Assembly (NCBI GenBank): GCA_002337525.1
Contig: DDGG01000031.1
Coordinates: 18,923 to 82,922 of the forward strand
Direction: 5' to 3'
Source of the DNA: Alphaproteobacteria bacterium UBA1908
Lineage (GTDB): Bacteria; Pseudomonadota; Alphaproteobacteria; Caedimonadales; UBA1908
DNA length: 64,000 nt
Below the pieces are notes generated by a model. The model saw only the letters and a program-made list of their open reading frames with translations, searched no databases and was not told where the DNA came from. Below, one piece after another: positions 37,964-49,369 of the stretch (positions are counted from its first letter, which is position 1; each line of letters begins with the position of its first letter). The translations under genes were made by a program, and so were the position numbers.

Positions 37964-39325
37964 ATGTGTGATAATTTAGTAAATCCTCGTGATTCCGGCT
38001 CCCCCGATCCTTTGACAAGAGGGGGGCAGTGGTTCCTGGCGCGCCGAAGTCGAGCTCTTCTCATTTGGTTATGCGGAAGTCTTTTCTACTGTTTTCAATT
38101 TTCCCTAAGAGTCGCTCCCGGTGCCATGGCCGAAGACCTTATGCGTGACTTTGGAGTTCAAAGCTGTTCTCTGGGCATTTTGGGGGCTTTCTACTATAAT
38201 GCCTATGCTTCTCTGCAGGTGCCTGTTGGATTAATGTTAGATAGACTTGGATCCCACCGCATTATTCCTGCTGCCATCAGCTTCTGTACTGTGGGCGCTT
38301 TTCTTTTTTCCTTTGCTGAGGGCCTTGCAGAAGCTTCTATCGCTCGATTACTAATGGGAGCTGGATCCGCTTGTGCCTTTATTGGGACAATTAAGCTCAT
38401 TACCTTATGGTTTCCCCCTCACCGAAAAGCATTGATGATTGGGTTGACGATGACTTTTGGAACAGTTGGCGCCACTCTTGGAACAGCACAACTGCCCATT
38501 ATGATGGATTCTCTTGGGTGGCGCTCCTCAATGCAAACTCTTGGTATTGCAGGAGGAGTTCTGGCCCTGATGAGCTTTTTTCTTATTTCGGCTTCTCCAG
38601 GAACAGTGTCAGATGACAAACGTAAAACGAAACAGGAGGCGCAACCTTCTCTGAAAGTTTTGGAGGGTTTAAAAATTGTCATTGGTAAACCGCAAATTTG
38701 GTTAATTGCCCTCTTTGGATGCTTAATGTACGTTCCCCTGGCCGCAATTGCAGATTTATGGGGAATTCCTTTTCTCACAAAAATGTATACTATTGACCGG
38801 GGACTAGCAGGACTTTATATCAGTTCTATCTTCTGGGGTCTTTGCCTGGGGGGACCTCTGGTATCCTATCTTTCAGATCGTTTTCAAAGACGCCGGCCCT
38901 TTATGGTTGCCTCAACTCTTTTGTCAGCATTTGTATATGGTATTATTATTTTCTATCCAGGTTTGCCTGTTTTTGCAATGATAGGCTGCCTCTTTTTAGG
39001 AGGCCTATTCTTTGGAGGGCAAGTTCTATGTTTTAGCTGTATTACAGAAAGCCTGCCACTATGGACCAGTGGTGTTGCTGTTGGTTTTGCGAATATGATT
39101 ATTATGAGCAGCGGCGTTATTTTTGAACCCCTTGTTGGTTTTCTCCTGGATTATTTCTGGACAGGAGAAAAACTGGATGGAATACCCCTTTATTCAATTG
39201 AAACATTTCGGTTATCCCTGTCTCCCGTTTTTTTCAGTCTTATTATTGCCTTTTTTGTAACGCTTTTTATACGGGAATCCTTTCCAAAAAAAGAAGTGTC
39301 ACCTCGTTTTCCAGACAGCCCCTGA
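37964..39325 (+). CDS. MFS transporter (substrate unknown)
   Basis: 453 aa, about 12 TM, with an MFS loop motif LMLDRLGSHRII after TM2. Confidence 0.7.
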   Translation: MCDNLVNPRDSGSPDPLTRGGQWFLARRSRALLIWLCGSLFYCFQFSLRVAPGAMAEDLMRDFGVQSCSLGILGAFYYNAYASLQVPVGLMLDRLGSHRIIPAAISFCTVGAFLFSFAEGLAEASIARLLMGAGSACAFIGTIKLITLWFPPHRKALMIGLTMTFGTVGATLGTAQLPIMMDSLGWRSSMQTLGIAGGVLALMSFFLISASPGTVSDDKRKTKQEAQPSLKVLEGLKIVIGKPQIWLIALFGCLMYVPLAAIADLWGIPFLTKMYTIDRGLAGLYISSIFWGLCLGGPLVSYLSDRFQRRRPFMVASTLLSAFVYGIIIFYPGLPVFAMIGCLFLGGLFFGGQVLCFSCITESLPLWTSGVAVGFANMIIMSSGVIFEPLVGFLLDYFWTGEKLDGIPLYSIETFRLSLSPVFFSLIIAFFVTLFIRESFPKKEVSPRFPDSP

Positions 39326-39492
39326 CAAAAGAGAGTGTTGCTTCATAAAACAGTAGACGTAACAGATACTCTGTCGTATAGCTGGTATTATATTTTTAAG
39401 CTTAATTATGGAATTTGTGTATCGGCAGGAAATCAATAGAGATTTTTTGTAAAATGTTCCCTAATCAGCTATAAATAGAATCAATGAGATGA

Positions 39493-40548
<1,056 letters not shown>

Positions 40549-40570
40549 CCCGTTTTCAGGAATATTTCTC

Positions 40571-41416
40571 GTGGAAACAGCAAAACCGCTCGCAGGGGGA
40601 ACTTTAAAAGCTCTTCCCCTCGTGCGCTTTGTTTTTCAGCGATCCTCTTTCCTGCTCTATATTATTGGGGGTCTTTCCCTGATGATTTTGGATATGCTGG
40701 GAAAAGAATCCTCCTTAACAATCAAAGCTCCACTTTTACAGATAAATCTCAAGCTTGAAAAAATTTCAAGTTATCCAAGCCAGACCTACCATTATTTTTC
40801 AGACAAAATAAATACCTTATGGCTTAATAAGGACGACATAGGTCACCTTAAACAACAAGCCCGGGATCAGCAAAAATGGGAAATCAAGGCTCGAATACTT
40901 CAACGAGAAAATCTGCAGCTTAAGAAACTTTTACGGCTGGCCCCTCAAAAAACAACCTCCTACGTTACCGGGGAAATTTCCTCCCGTTCAAAAAGTTTTT
41001 CCGAAGACAGTTTTCGTCTTTTACTCTCCAAAACAAATACTGTAACCCCATTCAGCCCTGTTGTTCTTGGGAGTACCCTTATTGGGTATGTTAAGGAATG
41101 TGGAACCAATTCAGCTATTATATGCCCCGTCACTGCTTCCCAATCCAGAGTACCTGTTGTGTCGGAAAAAACAGGCATCAAAGCTATTATTGCGGGCCTC
41201 AACCATGGGAAAATGAAAATTCTCCACACACATGAGAACAGCTCTTTTGAAGAAGGTGAATTACTTCTTTCTACCTCGGATGGTGCCCTTTATCCAGATC
41301 ATTACGCGGTCGGGCGTATTACTTATCGCGGAACCACTACACCACATGTTGACCCCCTTTTTTCTGCTGCTGCCACAGCATATGTTTTTGTTTTGCCTCC
41401 TTTGGAACGAGAATAA
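40571..41416 (+). CDS. mreC: Rod shape-determining protein MreC
   Basis: 281 aa. GTG start, N-terminal TM, coiled coil (ENLQLKKLL), beta-rich C-terminal region. Positioned between mreB and mreD. Confidence 0.8.
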   Translation: METAKPLAGGTLKALPLVRFVFQRSSFLLYIIGGLSLMILDMLGKESSLTIKAPLLQINLKLEKISSYPSQTYHYFSDKINTLWLNKDDIGHLKQQARDQQKWEIKARILQRENLQLKKLLRLAPQKTTSYVTGEISSRSKSFSEDSFRLLLSKTNTVTPFSPVVLGSTLIGYVKECGTNSAIICPVTASQSRVPVVSEKTGIKAIIAGLNHGKMKILHTHENSSFEEGELLLSTSDGALYPDHYAVGRITYRGTTTPHVDPLFSAAATAYVFVLPPLERE

Positions 41417-41419
41417 AAA

Positions 41420-41920
41420 ATGTCTCAACTTTCCTTTCACGAGCGTTTTTTTAAAATACTTCTCAGAAATTTTTTGTTTTTGGGAAGTGCTTTTTCCTTT
41501 TATCTTTTTGACGCACAAACCTGGGCCTTCTGCCTTGTACCCTTTTTTCTGATTTTACTAAAAGATACAGACCAGTTACCGACTCTTTCTCTGTTCTGTA
41601 TTCTGCTGTTACAAGATATTGCTACAGGGTATTGGGTCGGAACACATCTTTTCTTATATGGCCTTACAGGTGTTTTTATTGTCTCCCAAAAACGCTTTAT
41701 TTTAAGCCGTGGGTTCGTTTTGATATGGATTTTCTTTACTCTTACTGTTTTCTTAACCCTGGGCCTGCGAGAATTGCTCGGTCTTATCGCAAACGTTCCT
41801 CTCCACTCCTTCCTTTCACTTCTCTATGAAGCAAGTTTTCTTTGTTGTGTGTTTCCCCTCTGTTCTCACTTCCTGACACGGTATCTTTCCTTTAAAAAGG
41901 TTCCCTCTCATGAAGCCTAA
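41420..41920 (+). CDS. mreD: Rod shape-determining protein MreD
   Basis: 166-aa polytopic membrane protein between mreC and mrdA. Called mainly on position and hydropathy. Confidence 0.7.
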   Translation: MSQLSFHERFFKILLRNFLFLGSAFSFYLFDAQTWAFCLVPFFLILLKDTDQLPTLSLFCILLLQDIATGYWVGTHLFLYGLTGVFIVSQKRFILSRGFVLIWIFFTLTVFLTLGLRELLGLIANVPLHSFLSLLYEASFLCCVFPLCSHFLTRYLSFKKVPSHEA

Positions 41921-43730
41921 AAATTCTCATAAGACAGAAAATCGCTTTACGAGGCGAGCCTTCATCATGGCTGGAGGGCAAATTACTTTAATGGGCATCC
42001 TGGCAAGCCGACTTTTTTACCTTGGCGGTATGCGCTCTCAACACTATGGAACTTTGGCAAAAGAAAATCGTATTCGTCTTCGTCTTACATTACCAGAGCG
42101 AGGTTTCCTCATTGATCGTAACGGTCGTCCCCTTGCAGAAAATATCACGAGTCATCGTCTCGTCTGCTATCCTGGTGACTCACAAAATTTACAGGAAATC
42201 GTTGATGCAACACTCTCTTTAGATTTTATGGTCTTACCTGCTTCCAAACGAGACAGCCTTTTGATGACTCTACGTCATCATCCCCGTTTCAGTCCCTACG
42301 TTCTGAAAGAAAACCTGACCTGGGAAGAAATATGTAATGTTGAAGTTCAAACAGCCCACCTTCCTGCTCTTCAAATTGAAAAAGGAATGAAGCGTTTTTA
42401 CCCACAAGCAGAAATATTTTCACACATTATTGGGTATGTTCAGTCTCCAAATCCTGAAGAGGTAAGTTCTTCGGGCTTTTTACGCCTGCCTGACCATCGC
42501 ATTGGCAAAAGAGGTGTCGAGAAATCTTTTGAAGACCATCTAAAAGGCGTCCCGGGTTTTAAGGAAATCGAAGTGAACGCCCGTGGAAAACTGGTCCGGG
42601 AACTGAGCAAAAAACCTGCTATAAAAGGCAAAGATCAAGTTCTTTCTCTCGATTCCAGCCTTCAACAAAAAGGGCATGACCTTCTTACGGCTCATAAAAG
42701 CGGTAGTCTCGTTGTCCTGGATATAAACTCGGGCGAGGTACTGGCACTTGTTTCAACACCAGGTTTTAATCCAAACCAGTTCATTGATGGAATCTCCCAT
42801 AAGAACTGGGATTTTTTGAGGGATAACCCTTATGCACCCCTGACAAATAAAGCTATTCAGGGGCTTTATGGACCTGGTTCTCTTTTCAAAATGGTTGTAG
42901 GGCTGGCAGGCCTTAAGGCAGGGTTTATTGATGCCCACAAAAAAGTCCTTTGTGAAGGGTACGTTGATATCAGTAATCATCGGTATCATTGCTGGCGACG
43001 CCATGGTCATGGCCCTATGTCTTTAATAGATTCACTCAGGGAATCTTGCGATGTCTATTTCTATGATTTAGCCCGTCGTGTAGGAATCGATCGCATTCAA
43101 CAAATATCCTTTGATCTGGGCCTCGGTCACTTAACCGGCATCGAGCTTTTAGGAGAGAAAGAAGGCCTGATACCAGGAAAAAAATGGAAAAAAATAACTT
43201 ATAACCGTGACTGGACTGTTGGCGACACAGTTCTTTCCAGTATTGGGCAGGGAGCTATGCTCGCAACCCCCCTGCAACTGGCCGTTATGATGGCCCGCCT
43301 TGTAGGTCCCGGAAAAGCCATAACACCAACACTGCAAAGACATCCTGAAACGAGCTTTAAACCTCTGGCGATCTCGCCAACTTATTTGGAACAAATGAAA
43401 CTCGCCATGGATGATGCTGTGAATAATCCAACTGGAACAACTTTCAGGTACCGAATCAAAGAGAAAAAATATGCCATGGGTGGTAAGTCTGCGACAACAC
43501 AAGTACGGCGCATCAGCCTTGAAGAACGCAAAAAACGGGTTCGTCGCAATGAAGAACTTCCCTGGAAATTAAGAGATCATGCTCTTTTTGCGGGGTATGC
43601 TCCCCTTCACTCCCCTCGGTTTGCTACTTGTGTGGTTATTGAACATGGTGGAGGGGGGAGCCGTGTTGCGGGGGCTATTGCACGGGATCTACTTTTATAT
43701 GCTCAACAACTCGAGGCATTCAAAAAATGA
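41910..43730 (+). CDS. mrdA: Penicillin-binding protein 2 (elongasome transpeptidase)
   Basis: 606 aa. N-terminal TM, SLFK (SxxK), and a KSATTQV segment in the KTG-position near the C-terminus. Overlaps the mreD end and the rodA start. Confidence 0.9.
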   Translation: MKPKNSHKTENRFTRRAFIMAGGQITLMGILASRLFYLGGMRSQHYGTLAKENRIRLRLTLPERGFLIDRNGRPLAENITSHRLVCYPGDSQNLQEIVDATLSLDFMVLPASKRDSLLMTLRHHPRFSPYVLKENLTWEEICNVEVQTAHLPALQIEKGMKRFYPQAEIFSHIIGYVQSPNPEEVSSSGFLRLPDHRIGKRGVEKSFEDHLKGVPGFKEIEVNARGKLVRELSKKPAIKGKDQVLSLDSSLQQKGHDLLTAHKSGSLVVLDINSGEVLALVSTPGFNPNQFIDGISHKNWDFLRDNPYAPLTNKAIQGLYGPGSLFKMVVGLAGLKAGFIDAHKKVLCEGYVDISNHRYHCWRRHGHGPMSLIDSLRESCDVYFYDLARRVGIDRIQQISFDLGLGHLTGIELLGEKEGLIPGKKWKKITYNRDWTVGDTVLSSIGQGAMLATPLQLAVMMARLVGPGKAITPTLQRHPETSFKPLAISPTYLEQMKLAMDDAVNNPTGTTFRYRIKEKKYAMGGKSATTQVRRISLEERKKRVRRNEELPWKLRDHALFAGYAPLHSPRFATCVVIEHGGGGSRVAGAIARDLLLYAQQLEAFKK

Positions 43731-44839
43731 ATATTGCCCCCACACTCACACAAAAAAAACCGGTCAGCCTCACTGTACTTGCCTTGGTCTGTGGCATCGC
43801 CTGCATAGGTTTTATCTTATTATACTCTGCCGCCGGAGATAATTTTGCGCCCTGGACACACAAACAGATAATACGCTTTGGCGTAGGTCTTGTTTTGATG
43901 GTTATCATTGCCTGTGTTGACTTGCGCTTGTGGCTCTCACAAGCTTATGTCTTATATGGTCTTTCCCTAAGCCTTCTTATTGGTGTTGAAATTATGGGAC
44001 GTATTGGAATGGGGGCTCAACGCTGGATTGACCTTTATTTCTTTGCTCTTCAACCCTCTGAGCTTATGAAAATCACATTGTTACTTGCTTTGGCGCGATA
44101 CTTTCATACACGTACTTATAAGGAAATTGGTGAAATAAAAAACCTTCTTTTTCCTGCTCTTCTTATTGCGGTTCCTGCTTTTCTTGTCTTGCGCCAACCG
44201 GATCTTGGCACAATGATTATTCTTGCAACTGCGGGTATCAGTATTTTCTTCGTCGCTGGTATGCGTACCTGGAAAATTATAACACTTCTGTCTGGGACAG
44301 TTTTAAGCCTTCCTCTTTTCTGGATGCTACTTCATGATTACCAAAAAAGGCGTATTTTAACTTTCCTGGATCCAGAAAATGATCCTCTTGGGGCAGGGTA
44401 CCATATCCTACAATCCAAAATTGCTCTGGGATCAGGAGGTTTTTTTGGAAAAGGCCTTGGAAAAGGAACACAAACCCACCTAAATTTTCTTCCCGAAAAA
44501 CAAACTGATTTTATTTTCCCTATGCTGTGTGAAGAGCTTGGCATTATTGCCGGTCTTGCTTTGATTGCGGCTTATTGCGCTTTAATGACCTACGGATTTC
44601 GGGTAAGTTTTCAAAGCAGAAGCGCTTTTGGACGCTATCTTGGAATAGGGCTCACCACCCTTCTTTTTGTTTCTGTTTTCATCAATATCGCAATGGTCAT
44701 GGGCCTTGTACCGGTTGTTGGGGTCCCCTTACCTCTTGTTTCTTACGGTGGGACGGCCATGCTGACATTCACAATGGGACTGGGACTTCTCATGTCAATT
44801 TCGGTCCACCGTGATTTACGTTTTGGCAGAAACAGGTAA
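43727..44839 (+). CDS. rodA: Peptidoglycan glycosyltransferase RodA (SEDS family)
   Basis: 370 aa. QPSELMKI, LRQPDLGT, LPEKQTDFIFP and PLPLVSYGGT are SEDS motifs. ATGA overlap with mrdA. Confidence 0.9.
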   Translation: MNIAPTLTQKKPVSLTVLALVCGIACIGFILLYSAAGDNFAPWTHKQIIRFGVGLVLMVIIACVDLRLWLSQAYVLYGLSLSLLIGVEIMGRIGMGAQRWIDLYFFALQPSELMKITLLLALARYFHTRTYKEIGEIKNLLFPALLIAVPAFLVLRQPDLGTMIILATAGISIFFVAGMRTWKIITLLSGTVLSLPLFWMLLHDYQKRRILTFLDPENDPLGAGYHILQSKIALGSGGFFGKGLGKGTQTHLNFLPEKQTDFIFPMLCEELGIIAGLALIAAYCALMTYGFRVSFQSRSAFGRYLGIGLTTLLFVSVFINIAMVMGLVPVVGVPLPLVSYGGTAMLTFTMGLGLLMSISVHRDLRFGRNR

Positions 44840-44962
44840 GTGTGAGAAATATATTCCCTTTAACTTTTAAACTTTCTCATTTTAATGCCTGTTTTTCGGC
44901 GGCAAGAACATGGAATATGCGTTAGGGTAGTACCTGTACGTTGATAAAAACAAGAGCCTTCC

Positions 44963-46027
44963 ATGACAAATACCAGTGTTGACCGAACTCAGGAATTTTA
45001 CAAAGCGCTTCTTAAAAAAGATACAGCTTATGAAGGAATATTCTTTGTGGGCGTCACCTCAACCGGGATTTTTTGTAGACCTTCCTGTCCGGCAAGAAAA
45101 CCAAAATTTGAAAACTGTATTTTCTTTAAAACAGCCCAGGAAGCCCTACTCGTCTCCTTCACACCTTGTAAAAGATGCCATCCTCTTTTGCCTCCCGGAA
45201 AAATTTCTGATCAGGTGCAATACCTTATTGAAGCCGTTGAAGCTGAACCTGAAAAAAGATGGAAAGACAAAGACTTTGAAACTCTTTGCATTGATGCCTC
45301 TACAGCGCGACGCCAGTTTAAAAAATATTTTGGCATGACTTTTGTTGCTTATGCCCGGGCTCGTCGTTTGGGTATAGCCCTGAAACAAATCCGTCAAGGA
45401 GAGTCTGTCCTACAGGCCCAGATTGAAGCAGGGTATGACTCTGGCAGTGGTTTTCGTGATGCATTCTCCAGGATCATGGGAACTACACCAGGACATTTTA
45501 GTACAGAGTCCCTTATTCTAAAAGCTTCCTGGCTGGAAACACCCCTCGGCCCCATGCTTGCTATCAGTGATGAAAAAGCCCTATACCTGCTTGAATTTGT
45601 TGATCGTCGAGGACTTGAGCGCGAAATTGAAAGATTGCGTGACCGTATAAAAGCCCCTATTTTGCCAGGAAAGGCACCTCCTACTCTGTCTATTCAACAA
45701 GAATTAAAAGAATATTTTGAAGGCCATCTAAGAGTATTTCAGACCCCCCTGCATCTTATAGGGAGCCCTTTCCAGCAAAAAGTTTGGCAAGAATTAAGAC
45801 GCATTCCCTATGGTGAAACACGAAGTTATTGCGAACAAGCAGATGCCATAAAAAAACCAACAGCGACAAGAGCTGTCGCCAACGCGAATGGCATGAATCA
45901 ATTAGCCATTGTAATTCCCTGTCATCGAATCATCCGTCATAATGGTGAGATTGGAGGCTATAGCGGCAACCCGGTTCGAAAAAAATGGCTTTTAGAGCAC
46001 GAAATTTTTCACAAAAACAAAGAATAA
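44963..46027 (+). CDS. ada: Bifunctional Ada: methylphosphotriester-DNA methyltransferase/AraC-type regulator plus O6-methylguanine-DNA methyltransferase
   Basis: N-Ada zinc motif FCRPSCPARKP...PCKRCHP, an AraC HTH region, and the C-terminal active site IPCHRII. Confidence 0.9.
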   Translation: MTNTSVDRTQEFYKALLKKDTAYEGIFFVGVTSTGIFCRPSCPARKPKFENCIFFKTAQEALLVSFTPCKRCHPLLPPGKISDQVQYLIEAVEAEPEKRWKDKDFETLCIDASTARRQFKKYFGMTFVAYARARRLGIALKQIRQGESVLQAQIEAGYDSGSGFRDAFSRIMGTTPGHFSTESLILKASWLETPLGPMLAISDEKALYLLEFVDRRGLEREIERLRDRIKAPILPGKAPPTLSIQQELKEYFEGHLRVFQTPLHLIGSPFQQKVWQELRRIPYGETRSYCEQADAIKKPTATRAVANANGMNQLAIVIPCHRIIRHNGEIGGYSGNPVRKKWLLEHEIFHKNKE

Positions 46028-46037
46028 AAATCTTCCG

Positions 46038-47156
46038 TCATAGACATAAAAGTATCATCATATTTGGATCGTCCTTCCAGATAAAAGGGCATTCTATCTC
46101 TGTTCCCTGCTGGGGCTCAAAAAACTTTAATGTCAAGGAAGGGTCTATGTAAAAATTAGTAACATGTTTACTACTCTCGGATGTCTGGCCTGTAATAAGA
46201 CCAAAAGCAGGCGGATATTGAGACCCGGAATTATGAGCAGTATACTTTTTAAATCCGTCATTCAGTGTCACTGAAAAATCTTCACAGTTAAAATTCCTGG
46301 CATCATAATAATATTTAAGCCTCAAAAACCCTTCTGAATTTTCACACATTATGCTTGTATAAGCGTCTTGAATTTGTGTAGGAAAAACAGTCCTAAAAGT
46401 GTCATTTTCCAAATCAGGTATCAAAATTATTCTTCCCCCGGGAAAAGCTTTTCTGATCGACCGTTTTATTTCTTCACAAGAAACAAACAAATATTCTATT
46501 GTCCATTGTGTCTCACAGAATAAACCTTCTTTTGTGGGGGACAGGTAGACAGATCCGCTTTCACAATCTCCCCCCAAATGGTATTCATTATGGCGGTCTG
46601 CCGTAACAGCCTTAAAAGCAAACAATCCATTATCCCGACATTCCAGAATCCAGGGTATTATTGGTAACGTGTCAAACTGAGGAGAGAGAATGACTTTTTG
46701 ATCAAATGGATTAAAATCAAGACCATAATTCATTGGTTGTTTTTTCACAGATGACACAATCTCGTATCTCTCATCAGCATAAGTCAGCAACCACCTGCTG
46801 ACTCTAGAAATCAAACCGGCCCCCGGAAGAAAAGAATCAGAATTAACTTTTGTTTCTAACAGCGTTTCTTCAAAATGAAGAGAACACTGTCCAGCTATAT
46901 GTTGCTTTAAAAACCAATGTGAACCTGAAGATAGCGCCTCCTTTTCACAAGAAAGAACAACAGATCCACTTTCTGTCTTTCCGTCAAGATAAAACACCTC
47001 TCCCGAAGAAGGTGAGTATTTTAACATTACTCGCCCTTCCTGGAACAGGTCATTACTCTCAAAAGAGCCTTTGGCCTGATTGACAACAACAATCAATAAA
47101 GTCAGGGCATACAAAAAAGATCTCACGAAAAGAACGGCAAGCTCATTGAATCTCAT
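46038..47156 (-). CDS. Hypothetical secreted/membrane-anchored protein with internal repeat
   Basis: 372 aa. N-terminal hydrophobic segment SFLYALTLLIVVVNQAKG. Repeated ESGSVVLS..(x)..HWFLK and ESGSVYLS..(x)..QWTIE blocks. Many Cys. No family recognised. Confidence 0.5.
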   Translation of the reverse strand: MRFNELAVLFVRSFLYALTLLIVVVNQAKGSFESNDLFQEGRVMLKYSPSSGEVFYLDGKTESGSVVLSCEKEALSSGSHWFLKQHIAGQCSLHFEETLLETKVNSDSFLPGAGLISRVSRWLLTYADERYEIVSSVKKQPMNYGLDFNPFDQKVILSPQFDTLPIIPWILECRDNGLFAFKAVTADRHNEYHLGGDCESGSVYLSPTKEGLFCETQWTIEYLFVSCEEIKRSIRKAFPGGRIILIPDLENDTFRTVFPTQIQDAYTSIMCENSEGFLRLKYYYDARNFNCEDFSVTLNDGFKKYTAHNSGSQYPPAFGLITGQTSESSKHVTNFYIDPSLTLKFFEPQQGTEIECPFIWKDDPNMMILLCL

Positions 47157-47308
47157 TTGGGTTGTCCATAAATGTTTTTATGAAGGTTAAAACCTTTCTA
47201 TGATGTCCTCTATTTTTCCCTGATGTCAATATTTAGACTCTTTTATGAGTCTCGGAAATTTACTCTGAAAAAATTTAAGGTTTTCTTTTTCCTCAAGGTC
47301 AGTAAACT

Positions 47309-48493
47309 TTGAGGGACAATGATGAAACAATCTTTGAGAAGCGTCTCGCTCATGAAAGGTCTGTCGTGCCAACTATCCGGGTTCATAAAAAAAAATCTGA
47401 AACTTCTCTTTCTCTTGAAGGAGAATGGGTCACGGCAACATTAAAAGAAGCAGCAAAACTTTTGGAACAAACTCTGGCAACTCTTCCCCTGGAAGAAAAA
47501 CTTACCGTAGAGACCTCTTCATTAACAGCCCTGGATACATCCGGGGCCTATCTTATTGAAGACTTGTTTCGAAAATTGACATCTACAGGTATCCAATTGG
47601 ATGTCGCTCCTTTTTCTTCGTCTCATCAAACCCTGTTTAAGGAAGTTCAAAAACATTTACCCGGGTGTAAAGAAAAAGTCACACCTCCCCCTGTTTGGCT
47701 CCTCTTTCTAAACAGACTTGGAGAAAAAACATGTGATATGCAAAGAGAAGCCCTTTTTTTACTTTCTTTTTTAGGGGAAGTCATTCTCAATCTTGGAGCC
47801 CATATCAGACGTCCTGGCCTCCTTAGAAAAGTTTCTCTTCTATCTCATATTCAGAAAGTAGGGTTTCAGGCTTTACCTATTATAGGGCTTATTGCCTTTT
47901 TAATCGGCATTGTTCTTGTCTATCAAGGAGCCCAACAGCTTAAACGTTTTGGTGCAGAAATTTTCACCATTGATCTCTTAGCTGTTTCTGTCCTGAGAGA
48001 AATAGGAGTTCTGCTCACTGCTATTGTTGTTGCAGGACGGTCAGGAAGTGCCTTCACAGCCCAAATCGGAACAATGTCTTTAAATCAGGAAACAGATGCC
48101 ATGCGGGTCATGGGCCTTGACCCTATTCGCTATCTTGTCATTCCAAGACTTCTGGCTCTTTTAATTGCATTACCCTTGCTTGTTTTTTTCGCAAATATTG
48201 TAGCCTTGATAGGAGGCGCCTTTATGGGATCTGCCCTTATTGGAGTCGATTTTGATCAATTTTTTCAACATCTTAATCTCACTATAAAACCATGGACTTT
48301 TTGGACAGGTATGATCAAGGCACCGGTTTTTGCCTTTGTCATTGCTCTTGTTGGTTGCTTTGAAGGTCTCCGCGTGACAGGAGGAGCCGATAGCGTTGGA
48401 CGCCATACAACGAGTGCTGTTGTTAAATCAATTTTTCTTGTTATCGTTCTGGATGCAGCCTTTTCCATTTTATATTCTGTGATTGGAATTTAG
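47309..48493 (+). CDS. mlaE: MlaE-family lipid ABC transporter permease with N-terminal extension of about 130 aa (STAS-like?)
   Basis: REIGVLLTAIVVAGRSGSAFTAQIGTMSLNQETDAMRVMGLDPIRYLVIPRLLA is the MlaE core motif. TTG start in the track. No mlaF or mlaD adjacent. Confidence 0.8.
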   Translation: MRDNDETIFEKRLAHERSVVPTIRVHKKKSETSLSLEGEWVTATLKEAAKLLEQTLATLPLEEKLTVETSSLTALDTSGAYLIEDLFRKLTSTGIQLDVAPFSSSHQTLFKEVQKHLPGCKEKVTPPPVWLLFLNRLGEKTCDMQREALFLLSFLGEVILNLGAHIRRPGLLRKVSLLSHIQKVGFQALPIIGLIAFLIGIVLVYQGAQQLKRFGAEIFTIDLLAVSVLREIGVLLTAIVVAGRSGSAFTAQIGTMSLNQETDAMRVMGLDPIRYLVIPRLLALLIALPLLVFFANIVALIGGAFMGSALIGVDFDQFFQHLNLTIKPWTFWTGMIKAPVFAFVIALVGCFEGLRVTGGADSVGRHTTSAVVKSIFLVIVLDAAFSILYSVIGI

Positions 48494-48638
48494 GATTTTT
48501 CCCTCATTCAAAATGACTTTTTAGAACCAATTTATAAAAAAATGGCGTTTTAACTCGTTCTTGTATTGATTAAGAGGAATCTCCTGCTTAAGATGATGGG
48601 TATATAAAATTATAATTATTTTGAGTCAGGAGCCTATA

Positions 48639-49253
48639 ATGTCCGATATTCGCGATACTTTTATGAATACGCTCGTACCGATGGTGGTCGAGCAAACAAA
48701 CAGAGGTGAGCGATCTTACGATATATATTCCAGACTCTTGAAAGAAAGAATTATCTTTCTGGTTGGTGAAGTTGATGACAATGTTGCAACACTTGTATGT
48801 GCCCAGCTTCTGTTTCTTGAGTCAGAAAGCCCCTCTAAAGAAATATCTTTTTATATTAATTCTCCGGGAGGCGTTTTAACAGCTGGTTTCGCTATGTATG
48901 ACACCATGCGCTATATTAAAAGCCCTGTTTCAACAATGTGTATTGGGCAAGCCTGCTCTGTGGGATCTCTGCTCCTAACAGCCGGAGAGCCCGGTCGTCG
49001 TCTTGCGTTGCCAAATTCACGTGTTATGATTCACCAGCCTCTGGGAGGATTTAGAGGGCAAGCAACTGATATCCAGATCCATGCCCGGGAAATTCAGGAA
49101 ATGAAAGAACGTCTCCATGAAATTTATTCAGAGACAACGAAACAACCAATAGATAAAGTTATTTCTGCTATGGAACGTGATAATTTCATGTCACCACAAG
49201 CAGCAAAAGAATTTGGCCTTATTGATGAGGTTGTAGACGCTAGAGGATCTTAA
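48639..49253 (+). CDS. clpP: ATP-dependent Clp protease proteolytic subunit
   Basis: ATG 48639 follows [34 protein letters not shown], catalytic [11 protein letters not shown] and MIHQP. Confidence 0.95.
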   Translation: MSDIRDTFMNTLVPMVVEQTNRGERSYDIYSRLLKERIIFLVGEVDDNVATLVCAQLLFLESESPSKEISFYINSPGGVLTAGFAMYDTMRYIKSPVSTMCIGQACSVGSLLLTAGEPGRRLALPNSRVMIHQPLGGFRGQATDIQIHAREIQEMKERLHEIYSETTKQPIDKVISAMERDNFMSPQAAKEFGLIDEVVDARGS

Positions 49254-49286
49254 AGAGTGTCTTTGTGGCATTTTTTTTAAAGTTAT

Positions 49287-49369
49287 ATTAAAGTTAATTT
49301 ACTTTGTTAACTTTTTATTATGGTCTTTCCGGCATTCTAAAGATAAGTAGAGATTAAAGTTAATTTACT
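49287..49369. repeat. Two perfect 17-bp direct repeats ATTAAAGTTAATTTACT in the clpP-clpX spacer
   Basis: Copies at 49287-49303 and 49353-49369, read directly. Function unknown. Confidence 0.6.

Noticed and set aside
41232-41829. Alternate-frame ORFs overlapping mreC/mreD (41232-41552, 41261-41518, 41632-41829)
   Set aside because: They overlap the syntenic mreC and mreD frames. They show no independent support and have odd composition.
49287-49310. CtrA box (TTAA-N7-TTAAC) in the clpP-clpX repeat
   Set aside because: The TTAA elements present are spaced by 3 or 9 nt, not 7, so the motif does not fit.
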